From: Dendrobates tinctorius
Lineage: Eukaryota
NCBI RefSeq assembly: GCF_039654945.1
Contig: NW_027361694.1
Coordinates: 16,244,001 to 16,308,000, forward strand
Direction: 5' to 3'
Length of the DNA stretch: 64,000 bases
In this document: positions 37,402-49,284 of the stretch, piece by piece
How positions within the stretch are numbered: the stretch's first letter is position 1
Layout: every line of letters starts with the position of its first letter
Translations under genes and position numbers: made by a program
Notes under the pieces: model-generated
Seen by the model: the letters and a program-made list of their open reading frames with translations, nothing else
The model's database searches: none
What the model was told of the DNA's origin: nothing

Positions 37402-38944
37402 TATATTGCTTCCCAGACAAGTAAGAATGGATTGAATACTTCTTGTGAATACAAATCAGACTGGAGAACTGCTGCTGGTAGAAAGAACTCTTTGATGGCC
37501 ATTACAAGGCTTGTTACCCCATTATCTTGGTTATAAAGGTATAAAAAACCTTACTCAAACCACGTGTAGTGTATAAGGAAATAATTTGTCACCTTAATTT
37601 TACCGTTTTTCATTGGACTGCCAACTTACAATAAAAGGTCCAAAAATCAGGATTACAAGAGCAGAAGAAATGGTGAACTCCACCTGCTCTTAAGACCCCT
37701 CTATAAATCCAGATTTGTTGTCAACATACAATCACATCTACAAGAAAAATTGGGTATCAACGAATGGAGACTGGACAGAGTACAAAGTATGCCATATAAA
37801 TATTACTTTTGTATCAATCGTGATTAATCAGATCAAGGTAAAATCTGCTACTGCCAATACAGATATATCAGGACAACCTGGGTGAAAAAAAAATTACAAC
37901 TTCCAACATCTCGACTATAGGAGCCTTATGACTTCTAAATGATTGTGCTTCTACCACCAACACCTGATGTGTCCTTAGAATAATGCCCCTACAATCTTTG
38001 TCATTGTCCTGAATGTACCCTTCTACCAGGCAGATAGTCCACTCAGGATCATCATGAACAATAATTCCAGAATAGCATTTTCTGAGTTAATATATTCCCT
38101 GTATGTCTGGTTATACTATGCACAAGAGTAGTGTAGTTTTGATATTTTACCATATGCTTCCAGTACAGACAAAGGGAAAATAAGAGCATTCTTATCCCAG
38201 ATTTCCATAAAACCACAAAGCAGAAGAGAACGATTCCACTACAGCTGCAAGAGGAATTACTTAGCTCACATCTAATTAATCTGGTTACATAGCTATGGAA
38301 AAAAAAAAAGTTCACCCAAAAGCGGAAAAACACATACTCCCTGTTTTGCAGTGACCACTACGCTACGTCCGATAACTAATGGCATTAGATTTCTCTAAAT
38401 AGCAAATAAGTTTATTTCGCTTAAGTTACAGTAAATCAATATAATGCAATGGCTGTATCAAGGTCAGACTGACGACATCGATGAAAAATCCAGGTTCTCA
38501 CATGCCGAGGCAAATTCTATACTTGTTTATCTAACAACCGTCTAAGGGGAAGGAGCTTTCAAGATCAGCAGCAGGAAGCAAAACCTGAAAACAGACATTC
38601 ACTGGGAGGCGTCAGGACTTCTGTAAAGAGAAAGACAACACCATACTCTTGCTTATTTGGTTTCTAGATGTGTTGGGCATTGAAAGTTTGTGCGGGTCAT
38701 TTCATACTGCCAATACGGAAAATAAAAAATCCTGTAACATGTATTGACAAAACTATAACTCAAGCAGTCCGAAGCATTCATCTTCTGGTGTGACAGGAAA
38801 TAGCAGGCTACAGCTGAACAGGCTCCTTGAGAGGATACAAATGAATAGTGTATTCAACGCAGATATTGAAAAAAATGAGAAGAAAAAAATCTGCAAAATC
38901 AAAATTGTCATTCTGGTTCAGTACTACCTTTGTCAAAGCATTAA

Positions 38945-40700
38945 AGAGCTGGTCGGGCACCAAAAATGTAGTTTCTATACATCTATCCTTACACCCTTAA
39001 CCACTTTTATAATCAGCTTTATTGCACAATACCCTAACAATTTTTCCTATCTAGCCATCTACAAAAAGTTGATTTTTTTACTGTACTTCATGTGAGGTTT
39101 CATTTGAGAGGAATCTCAAATGTGATGCCACAAGAGGCTGGGGCTGCACTCACTTCCCTGCAGCGTCCATCGCTCCTCCTGGAACAGGACGTCATCAGGG
39201 GGCAGCGCTGCAGCTACTCTCTAGTTTCTTGCATTGCCGCCATCTCTAAAGATGTCCTGGATCCTGGGGTAATGGACGATGTGGGAGAGGCGCGTGCAGT
39301 GCAGGAACTCTGCATCCTCATCCCAAATGAAACATCACAGAAAGTAGAGGAAATAAAAATGCATTTGCAGATTAGATAGAAAGAGAAAAAGTATAGCTTA
39401 TTGTGTAATAAAGCCAATTACAAAACTGGTTAGGGTGTAAGGATATATACAGTGTGTCCGTAAAGTCATGGTGCACACTTGACCAGTCACTGGAAAGCAA
39501 CAAGAAAATGATAGAAATGTGAAATCTGCTCCAAATAAAAGAAAAACTCTCCCAGTTTCATACCTATTCAGTGCAGTTCGATGTGGGCTCCATTTGTTGC
39601 CCTACACACATCCAAACGATAGTGAAGTTCTTGCCAATCATCGCTAAGGACGTCTGGTGTAACAGAGTGAATAATGTCTGTGATTCTCTGTTAATAGTGA
39701 TTAATGTCGTTGATACGTTCAATGTACACCTGTTGCTTCACATAACCCCAAAAGTAAAAGTCTAAGGGTGTCAGATCCGGGGATCGTGGTGGCCATGGCT
39801 TGACAGAACCCCTGCCTATCCACCGCCAGGGGAATGTTCTATCCAGAAACTCAAACAATGGTGGTGTCGTGTGGAGGAGCGCCATCCTGTTGAAAGATGA
39901 CACCTTCTGTAAATTGTGGCAATGCATACAATTCCAACATGTCAAGATGTGTGTTTGCCATCACTGACTGCTCCGTGAAAAAAAATGGGCCTATCACCTT
40001 ATCATGCATCAGGTCACACCACACGTTCACTTTAGGGGTGTTACGTTTGTACTCAACGTAGACATGAGGATGTTCAGCAGCCCATATTCGGACGTTATGG
40101 CGATGAACATGTCCACAGATATGGAAGGTTGCCTCATCGCTAAACACAATTTTCTGCAAAAATCTTGCATCATTGTCGATCTCATGAAGCACATCTGTAG
40201 CAAACACGCATCGTTTGGGTCTATCCGTTGGTTTGACAGCGTATGACAGCAGCAATTTGTACCCCATAAAACAGAGACGTTTCTTTAACACCTTATGAAC
40301 TGTAGTCTTGCTTAGGTGTAATTGTCGAGCTCACACACGCACAGATTTTTTAGGGCTCCTTAGGTAGCTATCCCGTATAGCCTCTACAGACTCGTCACTG
40401 ACTGATGGCCTACCAGAACGGGGTTTCTCCACCAAACTGCCGGTTTCCTTCAACTGCTTAACCCACCGAGTAATGTTATTCCTATGTGGTAGCGCTTAGT
40501 TATAAACGCGCCGATATTCACGTAGCACTTTGGTCACAGATTCTGAAAAACTGAAAACTGGGATGGTTTTCCTTTTATTTTGATGCAGATTTTACATTTC
40601 TATTGTCTTTTGTTGCTTTCCTGTGACTGGTCAAAAGTGCACCATGACTTTACAGACACACTGTATTTAGAACATACATTTTAGGTGCTGGATAACCCCT
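38945..40700. mobile_element. Kolobok/T2-type MITE interrupted by the DD41D element
   Basis: TTAA flanks; left arm ...TCCTTACACCC matches GGGTGTAAGGA just before 39450, and the arm continues after 40665. Confidence 0.65.
39450..40663 (-). mobile_element. Tc1/mariner DD41D (rosa/Visitor-type) element with pseudogenised transposase
   Basis: TA flanks; TIR CAGTGTGTCCGTAAAGTCATGGTGCAC; minus-strand FSDEATFH, FQQDGAPPH and WPPRSPDLTPLDFYFWG; about 41 residues between the 2nd and 3rd Asp after correcting one frameshift. Confidence 0.85.
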
Positions 40701-41362
40701 TTAAGCAAAGTGCATCAAGATCAATTCCTTAACATGCAGGTTATTTCTTTTTCCACATTTTCAACAGATAATAAAAAACATAACATTAAATACAGCACAA
40801 GATAAAGGGGCTCTCCTTTACTTGTTTTATACTACAATCAAACCCATCGACATCTAAAAACAAACTAAACAAAAAACATATAATCACCTACCAGACCAAT
40901 GCTCTTCCCCTTTGGTCTCCTGGCTGCTGCTTCTAGTTAGGGATGTCACTTGATTGGCCGCAGCATTCACATTCTGTCCGAAACAGAAGAGATATTATTT
41001 CTTCTTATATGAACAGAATGTGAAGGCTGTAGACAATTAGTGTTGCTGACAGGCTGCAATGTTCATGTGGTGCCCCCTGCCAGAATAAACACCCAGGACA
41101 TCAATGGGGAACACAGGCAGTGGATTAACGTCAGTCTGGTAGGTAAGCATGTCTTATCTTTAATTTTTTCTTGTTTTACAAACATGTTAAGTGTGAAGAT
41201 ATCCATTAGTGAAAAGATCAGAGCAAACTTCCAGATATGCCTTAGATTAACCTACATTATGCCCAAAATGTGCAATTGCTGCAGGTTGTCACAAGATTAA
41301 AACTAACTGCTAAATCTATCCATACTGAACCAACTAAACCTTGTATTATAATTTCATTATTA

Positions 41363-41558
41363 GGCCAGGGTCACACTTGCGAGAAACTCGCACGAGCCTC
41401 GCATCTCAATAACCGGCACTGCCACCAGCACTTGGGATTGGAGCGCTCAGCTGCATAGAAATACATGCAACCGCAAACTCCGATCCCGAGAGCCGGCGGC
41501 AGTGCCGGGTATTGAGATGCGAGACTCATGTGAGTTTTCCGCAAGTGTGACCCCAGCC
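41363..41558. mobile_element. PIF/Harbinger-type MITE
   Basis: TTA on both sides; GGCCAGGGTCACACTTGCG / CGCAAGTGTGACCCCAGCC; almost fully palindromic. Confidence 0.85.
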
Positions 41559-41601
41559 TTAACAGATACATACACTACTTACAACTTTTCAGATGAAATT
41601 A

Positions 41602-42010
41602 GGCTAGCTTCACACTAGCGTATGGAGGAGCTGTAGACTTCTTCCGTGAAGCTCCGCCCACTGCTGCGCCTCCTCCGTCCTACGTCGGCATGCGGCCTGC
41701 GTACCCTATCTTTAGCATTGGGTACACAGGCCATGCTGATGGATGCGGATGCCTTCGCATGCGTCGTTTTGACGGTGCAGCGACCTGCGTCAAACGCAAC
41801 GTGTTGGATTTTGTTGCGGTCGCCGCACCGTCAAAACAACACATGCGGAGGCATCCGCATCCATTGGCATGGCCTGCGTACCCAATGCTAAGGAAAGGCT
41901 ACGAAGGCCGCATGTCGACGTAGGCGGAGGTGAACGGAGGAGGTGCAACAGTGGGCGGAGCTTCACTGAGGAAGTCCGCAGCTCCTCCATACGCTAGTGT
42001 GAAGATAGCC
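41602..42010. mobile_element. PIF/Harbinger-type MITE
   Basis: TTA on both sides; GGCTAGCTTCACACTAGCGTATGGAGGAGCTG inverted arms of about 195 bp. Confidence 0.88.
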
Positions 42011-42198
42011 TTAGTGTGACCTTCTCTAAACTTTTAAATGCACATGTCCAACTGTTCAATGCTTCAGTATTTTTTGCACAACTTCTCTAACAAGGAGCTT
42101 AATGGCAAAATTCACAACATGTGATTTATCCATGAATTGCCCAATAAATTTCAGGGTTTAATTAGAATTGGTATCGAACAGTCCTCCTCAATCAAGCT

Positions 42199-42555
42199 AT
42201 TTAGATACAACATAAAATATATTTATTGGAATACAACAGTTCTGAGATGAGTGCAGGCATCCCTTCCCAGTGCCTTTTTCCTCTGATCTGTAGATGAGGA
42301 GCTTCACTATGGTGAATGTACATAAAGTGCAGCACAGATTCATTTCAACTAAAAGCAGAGATCCTAAGATTAGGAGCAGAACAGACACTTACAGAACGTT
42401 CTAAAATTCTTCTGAAAAAATATTCAGTACATACTGCATTGAACTACTGTACCCAATTTATTATATATTTTAGGAGTCGGAGTTCTTCCATTTTAACCCA
42501 ACTCCACCAAAATGGATATCAACTTAGACTCCACGACTCCGACCTCCACAGCACT
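42199..42555 (-). mobile_element. Internally deleted fragment of the same hAT family as 53891-56795
   Basis: ATATTTATTGGAATACAAC matches one subterminal region; TGCATTGAACTACTGT...GACTCC...CCACAGCAC matches the other end. Confidence 0.7.
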
Positions 42556-43768
42556 AGTTGTCACCAGACGAGCCTGGTGTGTGGGCAGGTGTGTCTAGTT
42601 AATACAGAACTGCCCTACACTTTGTGAATGGTACAGTGACAAGCCCCTATTACTTGAACAACATCATTAATCCAGTCTTTGTGCCTCTGCATGAGCAACA
42701 CAGGACTAATTTCATCTTCATGGACGACAATGCTCCAGCTCATTGAGGTTGAATAATTAGGAATCGGCTGCTGGAGACAGGGCTGCCTAAAATGGAATGG
42801 CCTACATGTTCTCCAGACCTGATTCCCATAGAAACCCTATGGGATCAGCTGAGTCACCATGTTGAGGCTTGTAACTCTGTACCCCAAAGCCTCAATTATG
42901 TCCTACTAGAAGAGTGTGATGCCATGCCTCAGCAGACAATAACTCGACTTGTGAACAGCATGAGATGTCATTGGCAAGCTGTAATTGATGCTCAAGGCCA
43001 CACGACAAGTTATTGATACTGACATTTTTTGTTTGGGTATACCCACCACTGCTGTTGGCTTTTGTTTCAAGAAATTGTTTGAGATGAAGTAATCACCACT
43101 GCATGCTTCAACTTAAACGTCCTACTTTCATGATAAAATTCCACTGCAGCGTGACCTTTATAATGTTTTCCATAAATTTCGCCCGAAAGTCATATATCCC
43201 TAACTTTTTGAGTATTGTATTTACTGTAGATACACAGATAGGTAAATATACATACACATTCGTAGTATACCAAGTTTGTATTTCGGTTCACAATGTAGAT
43301 TTCAGATCACATTTATGTGGCCTGCTTTCATTTGTATTAATATTTAGGGAGAGAGAACATTGGCATACACCCTAATCCAATGTTATGACAAAGTGTAAGG
43401 CAGGACAGTTTCAGGGTTCTACATAAACTTGAATGTGTACAATACTGTCACAATGAATGAAGACAGACTAGCCAAACTAGAGGTCATATTATATTTAAGG
43501 AAGTACAAACATTTACTCCCTCAGTATGCAGATGAATGTAGAGTGTTACGGAAGTAGAAAGCAAGGAATTCCCCCCCCCCCCCTTGCAGGTAATACTTGA
43601 AGATATGAAGGTAAAATGCAATGACATCTGGAAGCATAGTGGGAAATAGTCTATTGCTGGAGGATAAATCCACCAAGTATGACTGGGACACATGGTATCA
43701 ATTATTACCTGTAATTATACTCGCCATGTATCCACACAGATTTATGATGCCTATCATCAACTACATAA

Positions 43769-44277
43769 CATATCCGCAACAACAAAGATGATCAAAAGGC
43801 ACTCTTATCAATATATAGAAAAGGATTTTATTGTTAGAAAAACATTTAAAATCATTACATATCACCAATTGAAGGGACAAGGGGAAATAGACATACACAT
43901 ATGTATAGTGTGATTACACACAAGAAAATGACGCAGATCCAGCACATAATAATAATAATCTTTATTTATATAGCGCCAACATATTCCGCAGCGCTTTACA
44001 GTTTAAAAACACAAGTCACATAGAGGATAGTACACACTGTGTGTCCATTAATTACATACAAAAAAATTTTAATGGACACACAGTGTGTACTATCCTCTGT
44101 GCTGGATTTGTGCGTCATTATCTTGTTTGTAATCACACTATACATATGTGTATGTCTATTTCCCCTTGTCCCTTCAATTGGTGATATCTAATGATTTTAA
44201 ATGTTTTTCTAACAATAAAATTATTTTCTATATATTGATAAGAGTGCCTTTTGATCATCTTTGCTGTTGCGGAAATA
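43769..44277. repeat. Long AT-rich inverted repeat with a short LINE/SINE tail inserted in the left arm (about 43947-44022)
   Basis: Arms of about 205 bp around a spacer of about 18 bp; the insert AATAATAATCTTTATTTATATAGCGCCAACATATTCCGCAGCGCTTTACA is absent from the right arm. Confidence 0.8.
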
Positions 44278-44419
44278 TTGCTGGAGGATGTAGGACTGGG
44301 GGTCAAACTCTACAACTGAAGGACAAAAAGCCAATTGGAATTAGACTGTTCATATTAGTGTCATGGCTTCTTTTATAAAGTCATTACATACAGCACTGCC
44401 AAATCCATTATCAAACTTA

Positions 44420-45246
44420 CCGTATATACTCGAGTATAAGCCGACCAGAGTATAAGCCGAGGCCCCTAATTTTGCCACGAAAAACTGGGTAAGCTTATTG
44501 ACGCGAGTATAAACCGGGTATGCATTGTCCCGTCATCCCTGTCCTGCTCTGTGTGGCTCTCCCCCCTCCCAGTATGCATGACTCGGCTCCTTTTCCAACC
44601 TCATGCTCCCCCGTCCTCCTCCATGCTCCTCAGTGCACCGCCGTCCTCCTCAGTGCTCCCCCATCCTGCTCCGTGCTCCTCTGTGCTCCCCCATCCTGCT
44701 CTGTCCTCCCCGTCCTGCTCCATGCTCCTTCGTCCTCAGTGCTCCCCGTCTTGCTCCGTGCTCCTCTGTGCTCCCCCGTCCTGCTCCATGCTCCCTATCC
44801 TGCTCTGTGCTCCCCACGTCCTGCTCCGTGCTCCCGTATCCTACTCCGTCATACTTACCCTCCTGTACAATCGCTGAACGTCCCCTGCATCCTCCGTTGT
44901 CCCGGCTTCCTGCAGCTCTCCTGTGCTGAGCAGTCACGTGGTACTGCTCATTAAGGTCTTGAATATGGACGCCATGCCTATGGGAGTGAGGAGTTGTGTC
45001 CATATTTGTGACCTTAATGAGCGGTACGATGTGACCGCTCAACACAGGAAGAAGCTGCCAGCCCTGGGACAACGGAGGATGCAGCGGACGTTCAGCGATT
45101 ATACAGGAGGGCGAGTATGATGTCCCAGCCACCGCTCCCCCTCCCCCGCTGGTTTCTGCACAATGACTCGTGTATTGGCCGAGGAGAGGGCATTTTCAGC
45201 ACAAAAAATGTGCTGAAAATCTCGGCTTATACACGAGTATATATGG
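44420..45246. mobile_element. Tc1/mariner-superfamily (pogo/Tigger-like) MITE
   Basis: TA flanks; TIR CCGTATATACTCGAGTATAAGCCGA; C/T-rich minisatellite and a palindromic core. Confidence 0.85.
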
Positions 45247-45319
45247 TATACCAAGAAACTTTTCCTGACTTCAATGTGATAAATCTTGGATTGGGCATTT
45301 TCCTGTGCAGACAATGTCA

Positions 45320-46000
45320 TTCTGTATTGGGTGGTCTGCCACTGAGGTCATGAATGCCGAACAATGTATTGTCTACCGGGTGCCCTGGTTCAGTCAGTAT
45401 ATTGCAGACAGATTGCTGACTGGGGAAGACCCAGCGGTTTTATACAAATTGGTACCAATGACAAAGTCAGAGGGAGATGGAAGGTATTTACAATTTTTTT
45501 CAGGGAACTAGGAGAGAAGCTGAAGTCCAGGACCTCCAAGGTGGTGTTTTCAGAAATATTGCCGATGGCATGAGCGATACTAGAAAGACAGCAGGAGCTT
45601 ATGGAGATAAATTAGTAGCTTCGAAATTGATGAAGGACGGAAGGGTTTGAGTTCATAGAGAATTGTGTACTGTTGGATAGAGGTTTCACATTACAGACTG
45701 GATGCACCTCAATGGGTGGTTCGATGGCTGAAAGAGCTTTTAAAATAAGATCTGGGTTGAGGAATGGTGTTTGTGCAAAAACGGGGACACAGCAGACAGA
45801 AAGAAGGAGACAGTAGGGGTCTATGAGGAATTATGAGGAAAAGTGATGTGCAAGGAAAGTAGAAAGGTGATTCGGAGTAATAAATGTGATAATACTATTA
45901 AATGTCTGCTGGTGAACACTTAAGTCTTACAAACAAAATGCATGATTTGGAGACTAACGTCATATACAGATTATGACGTGGTGGGAATTATATAAACCTG
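45320..46000 (+). pseudogene. CR1-like LINE relic (ORF1 SGNH-esterase region, probable start of ORF2)
   Basis: CLPGA, GEDPAV, IGTNDKVRGRW and ELGEKLKSRTSKVVFSEILP fragments. Confidence 0.75.
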
Positions 46001-46681
46001 GAAGGATAAAAAAACGTAAATCTGGCGTTCTTACTTTTTTTTTCGCTATGCCGTTTACCAATCGGATTAATTCTTTTTATAGCTGGATAGATCAGGAGAT
46101 TCCGAATGCGGCAATACCAAATATGTGTATATTTTATATTTTATTGTTTTATTTTGAATGGGGCAAATAGGGGCAATTTGAACTTGTTTGAACTTTTTAA
46201 AATATTTTTAAAGATTTTTTTTTTTACTCTTTGCACGCTTCAATAGTCTCCATGTGAGTCTAGAAGCTGCAGTTGTCAAATTGCCTCTGTTACACACAGT
46301 TGATGCTCAGATCGCCTGTGTGTTGCAGAAATGCTGACTTGCTATGAGCGCCGACAACCAAGCTGGCTATGAAAACCACAGACGTCTGCTGGAGACCTCT
46401 GGTTGTCATGCCGACCCATAGGTGACCCGCGATCATGTGATGGGTACACCAATAGGTGGGATTAGTGACGAACTTCCGACGCGATCACATTAAATGCCGC
46501 TGTCAGATTGACAGCGGCATTTAACGGGTTAACAGACGTGGGTGGATCGCGATTCCACCCACAGCTGTTGCAAGCACATGTCCGCTGTTCTAAACAGCGG
46601 ACATGTGCGGGAAAAGGTGTGCGCTCAGCGCCGGAGCACACATCAAAGGGAGGGACACGACATGCGCATGTCGTGAAGGGT
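46000..46681. mobile_element. Right part of a piggyBac-type MITE (related to 29848-30873)
   Basis: Ends CATGTCGTGAAGGGT-TTAA; collinear with 30390-30873. Confidence 0.7.
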
Positions 46682-46689
46682 TTAAATTA

Positions 46690-47191
46690 GTATGTAAACA
46701 AATGTTGAATTGCCTGTGGTAAATCACAAATGAGAATCACCTGTGATTGTCAGTGTCCATGTGACATGAATTAGCCAATGAATGATGACTTCAGAAGCCA
46801 CATGGTAGGCCCTGCTGCTTTGTCACATTGGTGAAGACAAACGCGCTATGAGGACATCTGAACTGCAAACACAAGACTTCCAAAAGGTATAAGGCCATCA
46901 CCAAAGACCCAAGTCTCCCAGTTTAAACAGTGTGTAATGTTAAGAAGTTTGCCATGTATGGAATTGTCAAGAACCTTCCTGGACGTGGGGGAAATAGGAA
47001 ACTTGACAAGAGATGTTGGTGCAAAAGGTGGGGAAAATTCCACGTCAAACATCCAAAGACCTGAAGGCCATCCTAGAACAGTCAGGGGTCATGGTTTCAA
47101 TAAGTACCATAAACCGCACACTAAACCAAGCAGAGCTTTATGGGCCAAGGAAGAAACCACTGCTGAAGAAAAGATATAAAAAGGAACGACT
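46690..47191 (+). pseudogene. 5' half of a Tc1 transposase relic, truncated by the L1 start
   Basis: KGYKAITKD, KNLPGRG and PRKKPLLKKRYKKERL fragments, similar to the Tc1 at 58461-60094. Confidence 0.75.
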
Positions 47192-47455
47192 GGGGGCATG
47201 GCCTGGCAATGGCTCCAAGTGGATGTGTTCACTAAAGCTCCTACTTTGCCCGGCTATTCAAGGACCATGGACAAAGCTAAATGCTGCAAAAAATAGCTCT
47301 AGGACATCAGGCATCGAGTAGCAGCAAAGGAGAGGTGAGGAGGATGAGCAGCTGTGTATTTGCGGTGATGGGGAAGCCTGTGAGAGGAGAGAGAAGAGGG
47401 CCATGTGTCTTCAAGCTTGCAGCAGAGCAAGATCCCTTCTGCTGAAACTGTCTTA

Positions 47456-48211
47456 GGGCCCCGTCACACATAGTGACCCACCAGCGATCCCAACAACGAT
47501 ATGCTTCAGGATCGCTGGTGAGTCGCTACATGATCGCTGGTGAGCTGTCAAACAGGCAGCTTCACCAGCGATCAGGACCAGCGACGCCGAGCGTGCGGCG
47601 TCACTGTGTACTTTAGTTATCAGAGCGTGCGGCGTCGCTGTGTACTTTAGTTACCAGCGCGCTGATGCAGGGAGCTGGTAACTAAGGTACTCATCGGGTT
47701 TCTAAGGGGCGTGCGTCACTTAGAAACCCGATGTGTACCTTGGTTACCAGCTCCCTGCATCAGCGCGCTGGTAACTAAAGTATACAGCGACGCGCTGATG
47801 CAGGGAGCTGGTAACCAAGGTACACATCGGGTTTCTAAGTGACGCACGCCCCTTAGACACCCGATGTGTACCTTAGTTACCAGCTCCCTGCATCAGCGAG
47901 CTGGTAACTAAGGTACACATCGGGTTTCTAGGTGCTGCGCGCCTCTTAGAAACCCTGCGTTTACCCTAGTTACCAGCTCCTGCTCTCGGGTCTCCCGCCT
48001 GTCACACGCAGCAATGCGTGCTGGCCAGCGGGAGACCAGCGACCCCAAAAATGTCCAGAGGTTTCTACAGCGATCAGCGATACCTGGCAGGGGGGCCGGT
48101 CGCTGACAGCTGTCACACACAGCGATCTCGCTGGTGAGATCGCTGTTGCGTCACAAAACTTGTGACTCAGCAGCAATCTCGCTAGCGATCTCGCTGTGTG
48201 TGATGGGGGCT
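47456..48211. mobile_element. PIF/Harbinger-type MITE with internal palindromic repeats
   Basis: TTA on both sides; GGGCCCCGTCACACA / TGTGTGATGGGGGCT. Confidence 0.8.
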
Positions 48212-48317
48212 TTAGTCCCCTTGGGACAGATATACTGCAGCGTATGGTGTGGAGAAAAGCAGGTAGGGAACTGCGTGTCTGTGCTTCAGCTCCCGGTGAC
48301 TCCTAAAGACACTGTGA

Positions 48318-48691
48318 GGCTGTGTGCCCATGTTGCGTTTTTGTAAGCGTTTCCGCAGCGTTTGAGCCGGATTAGACGCTGCAGAAACGCTTAAAAGAAG
48401 CCTCCCATTAAATTTAATGCATTTTTGGCTTTTTGTGCCAATGCATGCGTTTTTAACCGCTCAGAAAACGCTTAGTGGCTAAAAAAAACCAGCATGCTCA
48501 TTAATTTCAGCATAGCTCAGCGTTTTTAGCCATTTCCAATGTTCCCAGAAATCGCGTGGAAAAAAACGCATCAAAAACGCGTGTTTTTTTGTGCAAAAAC
48601 GCGCAAAAAACGCGCGGAAATAAAATGCGTGGTTTCTGGGAAGGAGTCTGGTTTTCTGAGCGTTTAAAAACGCTAATGTGGGCACATAGCA
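48318..48691. mobile_element. PIF/Harbinger-type MITE
   Basis: TGA-GGCTGTGTGCCCA ... TGGGCACATAGCA-TTA; AAAACGC repeats. Confidence 0.75.
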
Positions 48692-49284
48692 TTAGGCTTC
48701 TCAGTCTGAAAGACTAGTGTGTATGGGATATGGGCAGGAAATGCAGGAAGCCCTCCTCCTCCACATCATTAACCCCAGCTTCTTTCAAATCAGGCAGCAT
48801 CCAAAGATACTTACTTAACAGACAAGCCAGGCTCTGCCCCTGATCAAGATTCTAAAATGGTGTCTGATGCTCCCTCTCGCACAGCCTCCCATTCTTCACA
48901 AGAGGATATCTCCAGAGAAAATATGCAAGAAGACGTAGGAAGGAGAGAAACCCACTCCAACACCTCTTTTATACCTTCACCAAGCTCTGCTAATGCCTTT
49001 GTGACACCATCTCAGAATCTGGCACTGATGATGGAAGAAATCAAAGATCTCCGTTATCAAATGGGGAATATTCTTACCAAAACAGATATGGAAGGTTATA
49101 GTACCCACTTGGAAAATCTGCGCAAGTCTGAGATACAAGGCCTGAATGCGTCAATCTCACAATTCGCCAATAGAGTGACCCAGTAGGAATCTTTCTCTGC
49201 CACAGCTGCCGAAGAACAAAAGGTGCAAGTCAAATAATATACCTCCATTCTACACAGATTGACTCATTATTTGGTATGATAGAG

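Larger units (their letters stand above)
41573..43218 (+). mobile_element. Old Tc1-like relic interrupted by a MITE and a hAT fragment
   Basis: FMDDNAPAH and MEWPTCSPDLIPIETLW fragments at about 42715-43016; eroded termini. Confidence 0.7.

Noticed and set aside
38520-38600. Possible minus-strand host exon (TGTCTGTTTCAG acceptor)
   Set aside because: No convincing donor and no recognisable peptide; cannot be supported without RNA-seq.
44520-45132. Pro/Ser/Cys-rich ORFs
   Set aside because: Derived from a C/T-rich minisatellite in a MITE.
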